Assembly: GCA_965237905.1 (NCBI GenBank)
Contig: OZ250172.1
Span: 256,001-320,000, forward strand
DNA: 64,000 nt
Reading direction: 5' to 3'
Source of the DNA: Nitrospinaceae bacterium
Lineage (GTDB): Bacteria > Nitrospinota > Nitrospinia > Nitrospinales > Nitrospinaceae
Translations under genes and position numbers: made by a program
Notes under the pieces: generated by a model
Seen by the model: the letters and a program-made list of their open reading frames with translations, nothing else
What the model was told of the DNA's origin: nothing
The model's database searches: none
Shown: one piece after another, positions 38,845-48,798 of the stretch
How the letters are laid out: every line of letters begins with the position of its first letter
How positions within the stretch are numbered: position 1 is the stretch's first letter

Positions 38845-39828
38845 ATGCGGTTCGGCGAGCCTCTTTATTTTTATTTGATCATTCTGATTCCATTGTTGAT
38901 CGGATTCATGATCTGGGCAGAGAAGAAAAGAAAAGCGCTATCCGCCCAATTCGTGGACGCCTCCCTTTTATCCCGTCTGGTCAGCCCCAGGGTCGTGGAA
39001 CAACGCCGTCGGAAAACCAAACTTCTGATATGGGGCCTTGTGTTTTTGATGATCGCGCTGGCCCAGCCGCGCTGGGGATTCCAATGGGAAGATTTGAAGC
39101 AGAGAGGCGTGGATATTATCGTGGCGCTCGACGTGTCCAACAGCATGCGGGCAACGGACATCAAACCCAGCCGCCTGGAGCGGGCCAAACACAAGGTGGC
39201 GGACCTGTTACGCATGTTAAAGGGAGACCGGGTCGGTCTGGTCGCGTTTGCCGGGGCCAGCTTTCTGCATTGTCCGTTGACTCTCGATTACCAGGCGGCG
39301 GAAATGTTCCTGGGCGCGTTGGATACCGACCTGATCCCTCTACAGGGCACCGCCCTCGGTCATGCGATCAAAACTTCCATCCAGGCGTTCAGCACGACGG
39401 AAAAGAAATCGAAAGCCATCCTTCTCATCACTGACGGCGAGGATCACGAAGGCGCGGTTTTGAAAGCCATTCAACAGGCGCAAAAAGAAGGGGTGAAGAT
39501 TTTTGTGATCGGCATCGGCCGGGAGGAAGGAGTGCCCGTGCCCGATCCATCCGGCGGATTCAAACGCAACCGGTCGGGAGAAATCGTGCTGTCCAAAATC
39601 AACGAACCGCTTCTTGAGAAAATCGCCGTGGAGTCCGGGGGCGCCTATGTGCGCTCCGTGCATGGCGACATGGACCTGCGCACCATCTATCTGGAGGAGA
39701 TTCAGCAATCCATGGAAAAGAAAGAATTGAAATCGTCGCGCCGCAAACGGTGGACCGAACGGTTCCAATGGTTGATATTCGCCGGGTTGCTGTGCCTCGC
39801 AGGCGAACGCTGGGTCCGGGAAAAATAA
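38845..39828 (+). CDS. batB: VWA domain protein BatB
   Basis: LAQPRWG, DVSNSM, PSRLERAK, LITDGEDH. Confidence 0.9.
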   Translation: MRFGEPLYFYLIILIPLLIGFMIWAEKKRKALSAQFVDASLLSRLVSPRVVEQRRRKTKLLIWGLVFLMIALAQPRWGFQWEDLKQRGVDIIVALDVSNSMRATDIKPSRLERAKHKVADLLRMLKGDRVGLVAFAGASFLHCPLTLDYQAAEMFLGALDTDLIPLQGTALGHAIKTSIQAFSTTEKKSKAILLITDGEDHEGAVLKAIQQAQKEGVKIFVIGIGREEGVPVPDPSGGFKRNRSGEIVLSKINEPLLEKIAVESGGAYVRSVHGDMDLRTIYLEEIQQSMEKKELKSSRRKRWTERFQWLIFAGLLCLAGERWVREK

Positions 39829-39953
39829 GCTTTGATCCTTTCCTTTAATAAAAACGGTTTGTCTAATTGAAAAATAAACCGCAAAATAGAGCTTCTTTGA
39901 TATAACCCGAATATAGCAGGAATGTATTCAAAACAATAATCATCCGGTCACTT

Positions 39954-40733
39954 ATGCCATACGAAAAGAAATCACAACCAGCTAACGGTCAGGAAGGAAC
40001 GGAATCAGGACCTCCTATTATTCTTGATGATACGGCTTGGGTTCTTGAATGGGCTTCTACGAAAGAACCTGTTGAGTTTAAACACAAAGAATGGATTGAG
40101 GTTAACGATCTACGCATCCGCAAAGTGCCCTATTTGGCAATTTGCAAATATTGCGACGAAGACGAAGATGAAAATGAAGATGCGTTCCTTCTATGTTACT
40201 GCGATGAAGCGTGGGAGGTTATTACGTCAACCAACTGCAAATCCATTGAAGAAGCAAGAACCAGGGCAGAGACAGACTATCGAAACATTTCCAGTCAATG
40301 GATTAAAATGGATACTACGGAAGAGCAAGCTAAAGCCGCTTTCTACAAGGGAAAGTCGATCTTTTTGTTTTTCGGACGTCTTATAACCAATAGCGTATGC
40401 ACTGTTATAGTGGCTGTTGATTTATGCAGATATCTATTGAATCCGGAAATACCGCCAAATTTATGGAGAATATCAATTTGCACCATAATTCTTTTAATAC
40501 TAAATCCTCTAAAACGGGTCATTTCTGTTTCTTTTATGGTTTGTGGTGTTGCCGGCGGAGTCATCCTGGTGAACGTGGGCATGCAATTGTTCGACTACCA
40601 ATTCTTTTCGACGCCGCTTCCTTTGACTTCGGATGAATACCTATACCGAGCCGGTGTAAGTGTTTGTCTTTTATCCATCAGCGCTTTTCAGATCTGGAGG
40701 ACCAGGAAAAAAGAGGCTCGCTTCATAGTCTAA
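39954..40733 (+). CDS. Hypothetical protein: acidic N-terminal domain plus ~4 TM helices
   Basis: 259-aa ORF, visibly AT-richer than its neighbours, hydrophobic C-terminal half. Confidence 0.7.
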   Translation: MPYEKKSQPANGQEGTESGPPIILDDTAWVLEWASTKEPVEFKHKEWIEVNDLRIRKVPYLAICKYCDEDEDENEDAFLLCYCDEAWEVITSTNCKSIEEARTRAETDYRNISSQWIKMDTTEEQAKAAFYKGKSIFLFFGRLITNSVCTVIVAVDLCRYLLNPEIPPNLWRISICTIILLILNPLKRVISVSFMVCGVAGGVILVNVGMQLFDYQFFSTPLPLTSDEYLYRAGVSVCLLSISAFQIWRTRKKEARFIV

Positions 40734-40947
40734 CCTGACGCTTAACACTTCATTCCAAAATATGAGACGGAGAAAGCGGTGCCCGCGAAAAATAAGCCCT
40801 CGCAAGTGTGATTTTTGGTACAATACAGACATTAGAGCAATAACCCTCTGTCTTTTAAAGTTTTACAATACATTGACAACCGGGTTAAACCATCTTATTT
40901 AATAGAAAGTAATTCTTTTCGAGTTAATTTTTTCAGGAGTTCAAATA

Positions 40948-41655
40948 ATGGAAGACTATTCCAAACCCAGATATCAAAGCCAGGATGCCATCGCTGGAGA
41001 ACAACAGCGCTTCATGGTGCGCGTCTACAACTGGATGGGCGCCGGTCTGGCACTGACTGGAGGAATGGCCTGGTTTACCAGCACCAATGAAACCATTCTC
41101 AATATTCTGGTTGCCAACCCCATACTATTCATTGGTCTATTTATCGTTGAACTCGGCTTGGTGTTTTATCTGGCTGCACGGGTCATGCAAATGTCGGTAA
41201 GTCAAGCCAGCGGAGTCTTTTTCCTGTATGCCAGCTTGAACGGGGTAACCCTGGCACCGCTATTTTTGCTCTACACCAGCGCATCCCTGGCCTCCACATT
41301 TCTGGTAACGGCGGGCATGTTCGGGGCGATGAGTTTTTACGGTTATACCACCAAGAAGGATCTGACCTCGTGGGGCAGTTTTCTGTTTATGGGATTGATC
41401 GGGATCATCCTCGCGTCCATCGTGAACATGTTTATGAACAGTTCGGCGCTTTACTGGATTATCACTTACGCCGGGATTCTGATTTTCGTCGGGTTGACTG
41501 CTTACGATACCCAGAAAATCAAGGAAATGAACATCCTCGGCAACGAAGGCACCGATGAAGATACCAAAGAGGCGATTCGGGGAGCATTGTCGCTTTACCT
41601 GGATTTCCTCAACCTGTTCCTCATGATGCTCAGGGTGATGGGCACACGGCGGTAA
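40948..41655 (+). CDS. Bax inhibitor-1/YccA family membrane protein
   Basis: FMVRVYNWM, TKKDL, AYDTQKIK, ALSLYLDFLNLF; AGGAG SD; TTGACA at 40873. Confidence 0.93.
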   Translation: MEDYSKPRYQSQDAIAGEQQRFMVRVYNWMGAGLALTGGMAWFTSTNETILNILVANPILFIGLFIVELGLVFYLAARVMQMSVSQASGVFFLYASLNGVTLAPLFLLYTSASLASTFLVTAGMFGAMSFYGYTTKKDLTSWGSFLFMGLIGIILASIVNMFMNSSALYWIITYAGILIFVGLTAYDTQKIKEMNILGNEGTDEDTKEAIRGALSLYLDFLNLFLMMLRVMGTRR

Positions 41656-41681
41656 ATCCTACACTCATATCTGTCACTGAC

Positions 41682-41717
41682 AAGGGTTCCCCTGTTTTAG
41701 GGGACCCTTTTATTTTT
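41682..41717 (+). terminator. Intrinsic terminator after the BI-1 gene
   Basis: AAGGGTTCCCCT...AGGGGACCCTT followed by T-rich tract. Confidence 0.7.
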
Positions 41718-41747
41718 GGTGAGAAGTTTTAATGGTAAAATTACCTC

Positions 41748-42596
41748 ATGAAATTGTCGATCTACATTATTACCGGATGGGTCCTCACTTTGGGCATCGT
41801 CTCACCCGTCCTGGCCGATTCGTTTGACCCGAAGGCGCGGGAGGGGGTCACCCATTACAACCGCGAGGAGTTCGATCAGGCCGCCGCAAAATTTCAGGCA
41901 TCCCAACTGGAAGCACCAGAGGACTCAGCCGTAGCGTACAATCTGGCCAACAGCCATTTCCGCTTGGGCCGCTACGAAGAGGCCGTGGAAGCTTACAAAA
42001 AAGCTCTCACCGAAAGCACTCCGCCGAATCTCAAGCAGAAATCCTGGTACAACATGGGGAATGCCTATTACCGGATGGGTTATCTGGAAGAGGCGATCGA
42101 TGCATACAAGAAAGCGCTGGAGCTGAACCCCGGAGACGTGGACAGCAAGTTCAATCTGGAATGGACGCGCCAACAATATGAGAAAGCCATCCAATCCGGA
42201 CGGATCGCTCCTCCACGCGACAAAAATCTTCTAAAGCAACAGGCCATCAGCGATCAGGCCAACAATCCTCCGGACCCTCAGGAGAAACCCGAGGAGTCTC
42301 CGGACACCAAACCCGAAGCTTCGGAGGACACGCAAACCGCCGAGAACCAGCCCCAAGACAAGACTGATTCTCCCGATAAATCCCCCCCAACTCCCGCTCC
42401 TCCCAGTGAAAAGGAAGTTGAAGCCAATACAGAAGACCAGGCTGTTCAGGACGCTCTCCGGGAAATGACTCAAATGACGCCGGAGGAAGCCGAACGCTGG
42501 CTGGGTTCTCTTTCTGAAGATCTGAAAAAAATTACCCGGCGTCAAATGCAGGGCAAAATGAAGGATATGTTTGCGGATCATGATAAAGACTGGTAA
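41748..42596 (+). CDS. TPR protein BatC-like
   Basis: Signal peptide, TPRs (YNLAN, YNMGN), acidic low-complexity tail, MTPEEAERWL...KDW end. Confidence 0.85.
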   Translation: MKLSIYIITGWVLTLGIVSPVLADSFDPKAREGVTHYNREEFDQAAAKFQASQLEAPEDSAVAYNLANSHFRLGRYEEAVEAYKKALTESTPPNLKQKSWYNMGNAYYRMGYLEEAIDAYKKALELNPGDVDSKFNLEWTRQQYEKAIQSGRIAPPRDKNLLKQQAISDQANNPPDPQEKPEESPDTKPEASEDTQTAENQPQDKTDSPDKSPPTPAPPSEKEVEANTEDQAVQDALREMTQMTPEEAERWLGSLSEDLKKITRRQMQGKMKDMFADHDKDW

Positions 42597-44403
42597 ATCC
42601 CGCTCGCCGAAATCCCAAAAAACTTTTAGTTATACGGCCGGAGTTTTGTTGTGGATACCGGCGTTTTTCATCCTGGCAACGGGGACGGCCTGGTCGGCGG
42701 ATATCCAAGTCACGGCATCGGTCGACAAACAGGAGCTCACGCTCGAAGACAGCGTGAATTTTTCCGTCGTGGTGGAAGGAACACAAAGCGCGCCCCCACC
42801 GCAACTGCCGCCTCTTGATTCCTTCAAGGTAAGAGCCCGGGGATCCTCGTCCTCTTTTCAAATCATCAACGGCAATCGATCTTCGTCCATCACCTACAAT
42901 TTTGTCCTGCTCCCCAAGGAAACGGGAACCTTCACCATCGGCCCGGCCACGGTAAACATTGAAGGGAAACCCTATCAGACGGCGCCTATTACTCTGGTTG
43001 TCAAGGAACCTTCCGCTGTCCCGGATACATCGCGAGAGGTATTCGCGGAGATGGTGGTTTCCAATCAAAAGCCTTCTGTCCGGGAGCAGGTAACCGCGAC
43101 TCTACGAATTTATCACCGCGTGGAAATCAAAAATCTGAGGGCCGACATTCAATTCCAAGGGTTCCGCGAGGAGGCGTTGAAGGGACCCGTTCAGAATACG
43201 CGGATGGTCAACGGCATTCGTTACCTATCCTATGAAATTCCCACCGCTTTATTTCCCTTGCGATCGGGAAAGGTGGAAATTCCAGCCACCATCATCGAGC
43301 TTGACCAAGTCGACCGGTCGCGGGGCGTCCAACCCTCGGACCGGTTCGATCCCTTCGGCCAAGGATCGATCTTCAATAATTTTGGCCGGTTGCAACATAA
43401 AACACTGAGAACGAAAGCGATCACTCTCCACATCCAGCCCTTGCCGCAAAAGAATCGTCCCGAAAACTTTTCCAATCTGGTGGGAGATTTTATTATCTCC
43501 GCCCAGCTGAGCCGTGCGGAGGTCGAGGTAGGCGACACCACCACCTTAACGGTGACCGTTGCCGGGCAAGGCAACGTCAAAGACCTTTCTCTGCCGTCAC
43601 CCCAGTGGGGAGATAATTTTAAAGTTTACGAAGATCAATCCGAATACCGGCAGACCACCGGGGCACGGACTGTTTCAGGAGAGAAGGTCTATACCTATGC
43701 TCTGGTCCCGCTGAAACCAGGTGAATTGCAGATCCCCGCTATTCCTCTGAGTTATTTCGATCCGACGAAAGGTGATTACGTATCTATTCAAACGCAAGCT
43801 CTACCCCTTACGGTGTCACCCGGAAAAGACGATCCCAAATTAAAAGTGGTCGAATCCAATTCGAATACCACGGGCAGGACCGGGGATTCGATTCGGAAGA
43901 TCGGGGAAGATATTCTGCCGATCCATACCGGACCAGAAATTTTTGAGAATCAAAACTTTGCCAGCGGGTCAGGAATATTGTATGGAATTGGATTGCTATT
44001 ACCCGCCGGACTATTTCTCATCACCAGTGGAATCTACAAACGCCAGCAACGCCTGAAATACGATATCGCCTTTTCCAGAAGTCACGGCGCTTACAAGCAG
44101 GCGCAAAAAAAACTGCACGCTCTTTCGCCGGACAGCGATTCCCGGGAAATCGCTCGAGAGTTATCGTTGATTGTCCGCGAATACCTGGGCAATATTTTGA
44201 ATCTTCAGGGAACAGCGATCACTGCCACCGAAGTGGAAGCAAAGTTGGTGAAGGGGGATTTCAGTGCGGAAGAAATTCAGGCGACCCGAGAGCTTTTGGA
44301 GAAACATGAAACGCTTCAATACGCGCCGACGGCGGACAACCCGTCTGAGGAGTTGATTCAGGATGCGAGGAGCCTTTTGGACCGGTTGGAGAAGAAATCG
44401 TGA
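42580..44403 (+). CDS. batD: BatD family protein
   Basis: SSSSFQIING, G.FTIGPA, F..LVG.F, G.GN, YFDP; C-terminal TM helix. Confidence 0.88.
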   Translation: MIKTGKSRSPKSQKTFSYTAGVLLWIPAFFILATGTAWSADIQVTASVDKQELTLEDSVNFSVVVEGTQSAPPPQLPPLDSFKVRARGSSSSFQIINGNRSSSITYNFVLLPKETGTFTIGPATVNIEGKPYQTAPITLVVKEPSAVPDTSREVFAEMVVSNQKPSVREQVTATLRIYHRVEIKNLRADIQFQGFREEALKGPVQNTRMVNGIRYLSYEIPTALFPLRSGKVEIPATIIELDQVDRSRGVQPSDRFDPFGQGSIFNNFGRLQHKTLRTKAITLHIQPLPQKNRPENFSNLVGDFIISAQLSRAEVEVGDTTTLTVTVAGQGNVKDLSLPSPQWGDNFKVYEDQSEYRQTTGARTVSGEKVYTYALVPLKPGELQIPAIPLSYFDPTKGDYVSIQTQALPLTVSPGKDDPKLKVVESNSNTTGRTGDSIRKIGEDILPIHTGPEIFENQNFASGSGILYGIGLLLPAGLFLITSGIYKRQQRLKYDIAFSRSHGAYKQAQKKLHALSPDSDSREIARELSLIVREYLGNILNLQGTAITATEVEAKLVKGDFSAEEIQATRELLEKHETLQYAPTADNPSEELIQDARSLLDRLEKKS

Positions 44404-45155
44404 CGACCCGAACTCTGAGCTTTAAAATATTTATTTTCTGGGTGGGAGCCATCCTTTTACCCGCCACGGTTTGGGGTCAGGTCTCTACCCAGATAAGTCA
44501 GGCGAACCAGTTGTACAACCAAAACCAGTTCCGCGAAGCGGCGGAAATTTATGAACGGGTGGCCGCCGGTGGCATGGAGAACGGACATCTGTACTACAAC
44601 TTGGGAAACAGCTACTTCCGGATGGGAAACCTTCCGGAGGCAATCCTTAACTACATCAAAGCCCAAAACCTTTTACCGCGCAACGAAGATGTCGAAGCCA
44701 ATCTGGAGTATGCGATCCGGCAAACGGTGGACCAACTGGATGGACGAAAACCGCATGTCCTGCAATCGGTTTTGTTCTGGGTCCGCGATTTCAATTTGAG
44801 CGAACACAGGATGGCTTTGTTTTGGATCAACCTGGCTTTTTGGGTTGCAATGGCCGTTCGGTTGCGCCGTCAGACCCCGGCCACCCGGTCGGCCGAAAAT
44901 ATCCTGCTGGCCTTCCTGATATTGGCTCTGGTCTCAACCGGTTCTCGATGGCATCAGGAAACCCATCAATCCACTGGGATCATCCTGCCCCAGCAAATCG
45001 ACGTGCATTCAGGATGGAATGCCACCACGGTGGCCTTATTCCAACTGCATCAGGGAACTCTCGTTTCTATCTCACAAGAAAAAGAGAACTGGTATGAGAT
45101 AGAATTGCCCGACGGAAAAAAAGGCTGGACCCTAAAATCCAATATCGCAGGATGA
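44400..45155 (+). CDS. BatE-like TPR + SH3 protein
   Basis: YYNLGNSY, AILNY.KA..L.P, two TM helices, F.LH.G...W..I.LPDGKKGW. Confidence 0.85.
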   Translation: MTTRTLSFKIFIFWVGAILLPATVWGQVSTQISQANQLYNQNQFREAAEIYERVAAGGMENGHLYYNLGNSYFRMGNLPEAILNYIKAQNLLPRNEDVEANLEYAIRQTVDQLDGRKPHVLQSVLFWVRDFNLSEHRMALFWINLAFWVAMAVRLRRQTPATRSAENILLAFLILALVSTGSRWHQETHQSTGIILPQQIDVHSGWNATTVALFQLHQGTLVSISQEKENWYEIELPDGKKGWTLKSNIAG

Positions 45156-45168
45156 GGCGGAACAAAAC

Positions 45169-45591
45169 CTAATGATGATCCGCCTCGACTCCGGCAATAA
45201 AACCTCGGATTTGGGCTTTCTGTGCAGACGAACCCTTGTCAAAAATATTGAGAAGTTTCATAACAGTTTTACGGAAATCCTTGTCCTGCATCCATGCCAT
45301 CAAACCGCTGACAGCTAAGGATTCTGCTTGAAATCTCTCCTCTTTACTGACCATGGATCCTTCACCCGTCAAAAGCCAATAAAGGTTCATATCTGTCTTT
45401 TGACAAAGACCGGTCAATGTGGTGGCCGAAGGCAGGGACTTGTCATTTTCCAGATCCGATAAAGAACCCTGCGACACGTGAACAAGGGCAGCCACATCGA
45501 CTAACCTCAATCTTGAAACTTTTCTCCAATACTTCAACCGCCCTCCAACGGTTGCCGGGGATCCCGACGAATTTTTACTTTGACTGTGCAT
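45169..45591 (-). CDS. XRE-family helix-turn-helix regulator
   Basis: VGGRLK..R, VSQGSLSDLEN, WLLTGEG. Confidence 0.85.
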   Translation of the reverse strand: MHSQSKNSSGSPATVGGRLKYWRKVSRLRLVDVAALVHVSQGSLSDLENDKSLPSATTLTGLCQKTDMNLYWLLTGEGSMVSKEERFQAESLAVSGLMAWMQDKDFRKTVMKLLNIFDKGSSAQKAQIRGFIAGVEADHH

Positions 45592-45755
45592 GATAACCTC
45601 TCTAATTATTGTTGGTTACATGCTCTTAAGATAGAAGATGTACATTAACAACTGATTAAGACAATGCCACAGTTGTGTAACGTTTTTCGGGATGAGTTAC
45701 TTATTCAGGGGGAAATACGCTAATCAGATATCCTCAGGCCCAATAAAACTCAGGG

Positions 45756-46463
45756 TTATTCCTGAAACCGATAGCCCACGCCACGGACGGTCTCAATATA
45801 GCGGCCGGCTTCTTTCAGCTTGGTCCGTAATCTCTGGATATGGGTATCAATCGTGCGGGAGAAAACGCCGTCTCCATGTTCCCAGATATGCTCCAGGAGA
45901 TATTCCCGGGTTTTTACCTGCCCAACAGATTCGAGCAAAGAGGACAAAAGCTTAAATTCCGTGAGTGTGAGTTGAATGGGCTGGCCCTTCACAGTCACTT
46001 CGTGTTTGAGGAAGTCCACGGTAAGATCGTCCCGCGTGAACCCTTCGGTGGCATCTCCCTCTTTGTAAACGCGTTTCAAAACATTGTTGATACGTAAAAT
46101 CAACTCCTGTGTGTTGAACGGTTTGGTCACATAATCGTCGGCCCCGAACTCCAGCCCCAACACACGGTCAATTTCCTCGCTCCGCGCAGACAACATAATG
46201 ATGGGAATTCCCCGGGTATTTTTATCTGCTTTCAGGGAGCGGCAAATTTCCAGCCCGCTTAACCCGGGAAGGTTAATATCCAGCACCACCAAATCCGGCT
46301 TTTGAGTGCGTACGATATTTAAGGCTGTCTCCCCTTCGCCGGCAGTAAAAACTTCAAAAGGCTCATCCCTAAACTGAGACTGCAAAAGGCCCAGGATATC
46401 CGGGTCGTCATCGACCAGCAACAGGGAGTAACGTTGACTTTTCTGAGAAGGATTTGCCGTCAT
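45756..46463 (-). CDS. OmpR/PhoB family response regulator
   Basis: VDDD, LDINLP, GADDYVTKPF, LTLTEF, RTIDTHI.RLR.KL, ETVRGVGY. Confidence 0.95.
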   Translation of the reverse strand: MTANPSQKSQRYSLLLVDDDPDILGLLQSQFRDEPFEVFTAGEGETALNIVRTQKPDLVVLDINLPGLSGLEICRSLKADKNTRGIPIIMLSARSEEIDRVLGLEFGADDYVTKPFNTQELILRINNVLKRVYKEGDATEGFTRDDLTVDFLKHEVTVKGQPIQLTLTEFKLLSSLLESVGQVKTREYLLEHIWEHGDGVFSRTIDTHIQRLRTKLKEAGRYIETVRGVGYRFQE

Positions 46464-46511
46464 GATTTTTTCGTCCTTGATAATACAATTACAGGAACCC
46501 TTACATCCATT

Positions 46512-47177
46512 CTAAACGGATAATAGACCCTGGACACGTAAAAAATCCAAACAATCGTCAAGAATCCAGTCCAGATGCGAAAGCAATCCATGGTCCGAAT
46601 CCACCTCTTTCAAGCTGGTCCAAGGGTGATTCCGGGCAAAATTCCGGGATTCTTCAATATCCACGGTATCATCGTGGATGCCATGGACAATTCGGGTGGG
46701 CACGGACCTCTTGTATTTGACCGCCTCCCATTTTTCCGCATCCTCAAAAATGCCCAAGTCCAACTCCATAGTTTTATTGTAACGGTAATTAAAAACCCGA
46801 ATCAACCCTGCCCCACCTTCTTTCTGAATTTCCTCCGATATTGCCGACCGCCACCTCTTCATAAAGTTGAACCCCGGACACATCAGGTACGCCCCCTTCA
46901 CTTCGGGTCGAATTTGGGCTGTTAAAGCGGCCAGATATCCTCCCATACTGCTTCCGATGAGGGCAAAGGAGGCTTCCGCAAAAGAATCCAGAGTTTTCTC
47001 TATAATCCGGAGTTGCCGGGAGATCGTCAGATGCTTGAAATCGCCGCCTTCCAGGTCCGGAACCACCAATGGCAACCCCAACTCGGCAAACCGCTGGGTA
47101 AATGCCGTGGCCTTTTGAGATTGGGGACTGGAAGCAAAACCGTGGAAATAAACGAATACAGTCTTATCCATATGCAA
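46512..47177 (-). CDS. YqiA/UPF0227-like alpha/beta hydrolase
   Basis: YFHGFASSP, GSSMGG nucleophile elbow, HG..DD.V, DH. Confidence 0.88.
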   Translation of the reverse strand: MHMDKTVFVYFHGFASSPQSQKATAFTQRFAELGLPLVVPDLEGGDFKHLTISRQLRIIEKTLDSFAEASFALIGSSMGGYLAALTAQIRPEVKGAYLMCPGFNFMKRWRSAISEEIQKEGGAGLIRVFNYRYNKTMELDLGIFEDAEKWEAVKYKRSVPTRIVHGIHDDTVDIEESRNFARNHPWTSLKEVDSDHGLLSHLDWILDDCLDFLRVQGLLSV

Positions 47178-47245
47178 ACTAATTCAACCTGTAAAGACAG
47201 AAGTAAATTTTACTAAAGAGGGCTGTCAAAGAAAACCACCTATTA

Positions 47246-48517
47246 TCAGGAATTATTTTTCCAGTTATTTTCATGTTCCAGACCCTGAACTGTTGCCTTC
47301 ATGAATCGGAGAAGAGCCAAGCCGGGCAAAGCCGCCAGAAAAGTTATGAAGAAGAAAACGATCCATCCCACTTCCTCGACAAGAAATCCGGATGGCGGCC
47401 CCACAAATACCCTCCCAATGGAAGCCAATGCAGAGAACAGAGCAAACTGGGTGGCTGTAAAACGATGATCGCAAAGCGTCATTAAAAATCCGACAAAAGC
47501 CGCTGTACCCATACCCCCGGCCAGGTTTTCAAACGCCACAGCGCAGACCATCATCGGGTAACTTTTCCCGAGAGAAGCAAGCACCATAAATGAGAGATTG
47601 GAAACCGCCTGAAGAATTCCAAAGATCATCATAGACCGGTACAAACCCCAACGGGACATCAGCGCGCCACCGAAAAGCGCACCAATTATTGTTGCCGCAA
47701 GCCCCATTCCCTTGTTTATCGTCCCGACTTCTCCAACCGAAAATTCAACACCGCGAATTAAAAATGCCGTCGTCAGAGTCCCGGCGAAAGCATCTCCCAG
47801 TTTATACAGAATAATTAATGCCAGAAAAACCCAGGCACCCTTGCGTGAGAAAAATTCCTTGAACGGTCCTCCAACCGCTTCTTCCATTGTTCTCGGAGGA
47901 ATTACCTTTTCTTCTGGTTCGAGTCCCCAAAGGGTGGCCAGCATGCCGATCGCCATGAGCCCCGCCATGAGCATGTACGTCAAACGCCATCCCAGATATT
48001 CGGATAAAATCAACGCCATAGCTCCCGATACCAACATCGCGATCCGGTATCCGGTGACATACACCGCAGCGCCCAGACCTCGCTCCCGTTCATGCAGGAC
48101 ATCAGTCCTGTAGGCGTCGATGACTATGTCCTGAGAGGCCGAGGTAAACGAAATCATCAGTGCCAGAATCGCAACCATCAAGGGCGCATTTAAAGGAGAA
48201 GATACACTCATCGCCGCTATCAAGATCATCAGTCCAATCTGGAAAATGAGAATCCATCCTCTCCTGCGACCCAAAAACGGGATAGAAAACCGATCCACAA
48301 AGGGTGACCACACAAACTTGAGGGTGTAGGGCAGTCCGACCAGACTAAAGATGCCTATGGTCTTTAAACTGACCCCTTCCACAGTCATCCAGGCTTGGAG
48401 AGTCCCACCGGTAAGGGCCAGAGGTAAACCCGAAGCAAAACCCAACAGGGAAACGACTCCAATTCGGCGGTTGCAAAGAGATTTGAAGGTGGCTGTGACA
48501 GACTCATTTTTGAACAT
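47246..48517 (-). CDS. ampG: AmpG muropeptide MFS transporter
   Basis: LGFASGLP, KF.WSP.VD, GRRRGW, SASQDIVIDAY, YKLGD, ATQFAL; ATG 48517 preferred over 48625. Confidence 0.92.
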   Translation of the reverse strand: MFKNESVTATFKSLCNRRIGVVSLLGFASGLPLALTGGTLQAWMTVEGVSLKTIGIFSLVGLPYTLKFVWSPFVDRFSIPFLGRRRGWILIFQIGLMILIAAMSVSSPLNAPLMVAILALMISFTSASQDIVIDAYRTDVLHERERGLGAAVYVTGYRIAMLVSGAMALILSEYLGWRLTYMLMAGLMAIGMLATLWGLEPEEKVIPPRTMEEAVGGPFKEFFSRKGAWVFLALIILYKLGDAFAGTLTTAFLIRGVEFSVGEVGTINKGMGLAATIIGALFGGALMSRWGLYRSMMIFGILQAVSNLSFMVLASLGKSYPMMVCAVAFENLAGGMGTAAFVGFLMTLCDHRFTATQFALFSALASIGRVFVGPPSGFLVEEVGWIVFFFITFLAALPGLALLRFMKATVQGLEHENNWKNNS

Positions 48518-48798
48518 GTAATTTCCGTTGAGCGTTTCAGATTCAGGATGAGGTGAGGCGTTTCCCTGATCCGGCCTCATCTCGATCGGGCGGGAGCAGT
48601 CCCTTGGGAACCGCAGACGGATCATTTGTTACTTTAAAATTATAGTACTTTAAAATACCTTTGCCGACACAAAAATCGCCGTGAGGAAAAAATTATGGGG
48701 TATCGATTTCGAACAAAATTATAGGGTTTTCCCAAAACAAACCCTTATAATTGATGTAGCGACGATTATACTTATCTTGACTGTTTCACCGGAAATTT

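Noticed and set aside
45169..45591. Phage-repressor-like HTH as a prophage marker
   Set aside because: No integrase, structural or lysis genes, or att sites nearby.
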